Assembly: GCA_963578825.1 (NCBI GenBank)
Contig: CAUZDW010000005.1
Span: 67,608-131,607 of the forward strand
Direction: 5' to 3'
Source of the DNA: Vicinamibacteria bacterium
Lineage (GTDB): Bacteria; Acidobacteriota; Vicinamibacteria; Fen-336
Length of the DNA: 64,000 bases
Part shown: positions 63,378-64,000 of the stretch, one piece after another
Layout: every line of letters begins with the position of its first letter
Position numbering within the stretch: position 1 is the first letter of the stretch
Made by a program: the position numbers and the translations under genes
The notes under the pieces: model-generated
The model's input: only the letters and a program-made list of their open reading frames with translations
Told to the model about the DNA's origin: nothing
Databases searched by the model: none

Positions 63378-63873
63378 CGGTCAGCGGGGGGAGGGCCAGG
63401 CGGAGCCGGCCCTCGCTCGTCTCGAGCACCACGTCCGTGGACCGAATGGCCTCGACGATGGCGTCGCCGAGGCGCTCGCCGGGACGGAACGCCTGGAGCT
63501 GGCCCGTGGGTGAGTAGGCGAATGCCAGCCATCGCCCGCCCGTCGACGCCACCCCCGCCAGCTCGAACTCGAGAACCGCCAGCTCCTCGGGCCGGACGGC
63601 GAGACGCCGCTCCGGCGCGCTCCACGCCACGGGCACAGGAGGCTGCCCCGAGCCCGTTGCGCGCTCCAGGACGCGCTGGTCTCCTTCGATTCTCTCGACG
63701 AGCCCCACCGCATCGAGGACGGCGGCGCGCAGCTCGAGCAGGGGGACCCCGCTCGCCCAGACGCTGAGCCGACCGAGAAAGCCAGGGGGACCCAGGGTGG
63801 CCAGAGACGGATGGATGTCGGTCATCATCGCCAGGAGCTCACGCACCTCGGCGCGCTTCAGGGTGAAGCTCAT
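63373..63873 (-). CDS. Hypothetical protein (no recognisable domain)
   Basis: Coding-like composition. Start uncertain (ATG at 63873 or 63924). Confidence 0.4.
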   Translation of the reverse strand: MSFTLKRAEVRELLAMMTDIHPSLATLGPPGFLGRLSVWASGVPLLELRAAVLDAVGLVERIEGDQRVLERATGSGQPPVPVAWSAPERRLAVRPEELAVLEFELAGVASTGGRWLAFAYSPTGQLQAFRPGERLGDAIVEAIRSTDVVLETSEGRLRLALPPLTE

Positions 63874-64000
63874 CGTCTCTCCCCCGGTCGTGGTCGAGGC
63901 GCGCACCCGTGGCTCCCGGGCCACCCTCGAGACGCGCCGCGCCGGTCCATCCTCCTCGATCGCGACCTTCGCCCTGCTCCGCAGCAGCGCCAGGGTCTCC

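Overview
High-GC (~68-70%) bacterial chromosomal segment, probably from a diderm: it encodes a beta-barrel OMP, a BamB-like PQQ propeller, OmpA-like and MMPL proteins. Gene content is mostly housekeeping or accessory metabolism: a tryptophanase/tyrosine phenol-lyase-like lyase, an APC permease and a circularly permuted ATP-grasp in one translationally coupled operon; a GGDEF-GAF diguanylate cyclase; trpF; acpS; two Hanks-type Ser/Thr kinases; an FHA-domain membrane protein; PilZ; a ccdA-tlpA-apbC operon; pcnB; tRNA-Val and tRNA-Asp; arfB; cspA; a PBP; an aminotransferase; secreted lacZ; sulfatase; add; mmpL; and an actinobacterial-type fused E2-E1 2-oxoglutarate dehydrogenase (Kgd/OdhA-like) directly followed by korAB 2-oxoglutarate:ferredoxin oxidoreductase. 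No CRISPR, transposase or integrase is evident. Many genes carry lesions: at least 6 frameshifts, most at short G/C homopolymers, plus 2 in-frame TAG codons. This points to an indel-prone assembly and/or genuine pseudogenes. The most striking non-coding signals are a 30-bp perfect palindrome carrying divergent TTGACA boxes between the FHA and pilZ genes, a perfect 15-bp tandem repeat in the ccdA operon leader, a recurring YCTATAATCA promoter motif, apparent leaderless starts for kgd and pcnB, and a 15-nt homopolymer inside an M1 peptidase gene. Many long antisense or overlapping ORFs in the six-frame track are GC-driven artefacts and were not called.
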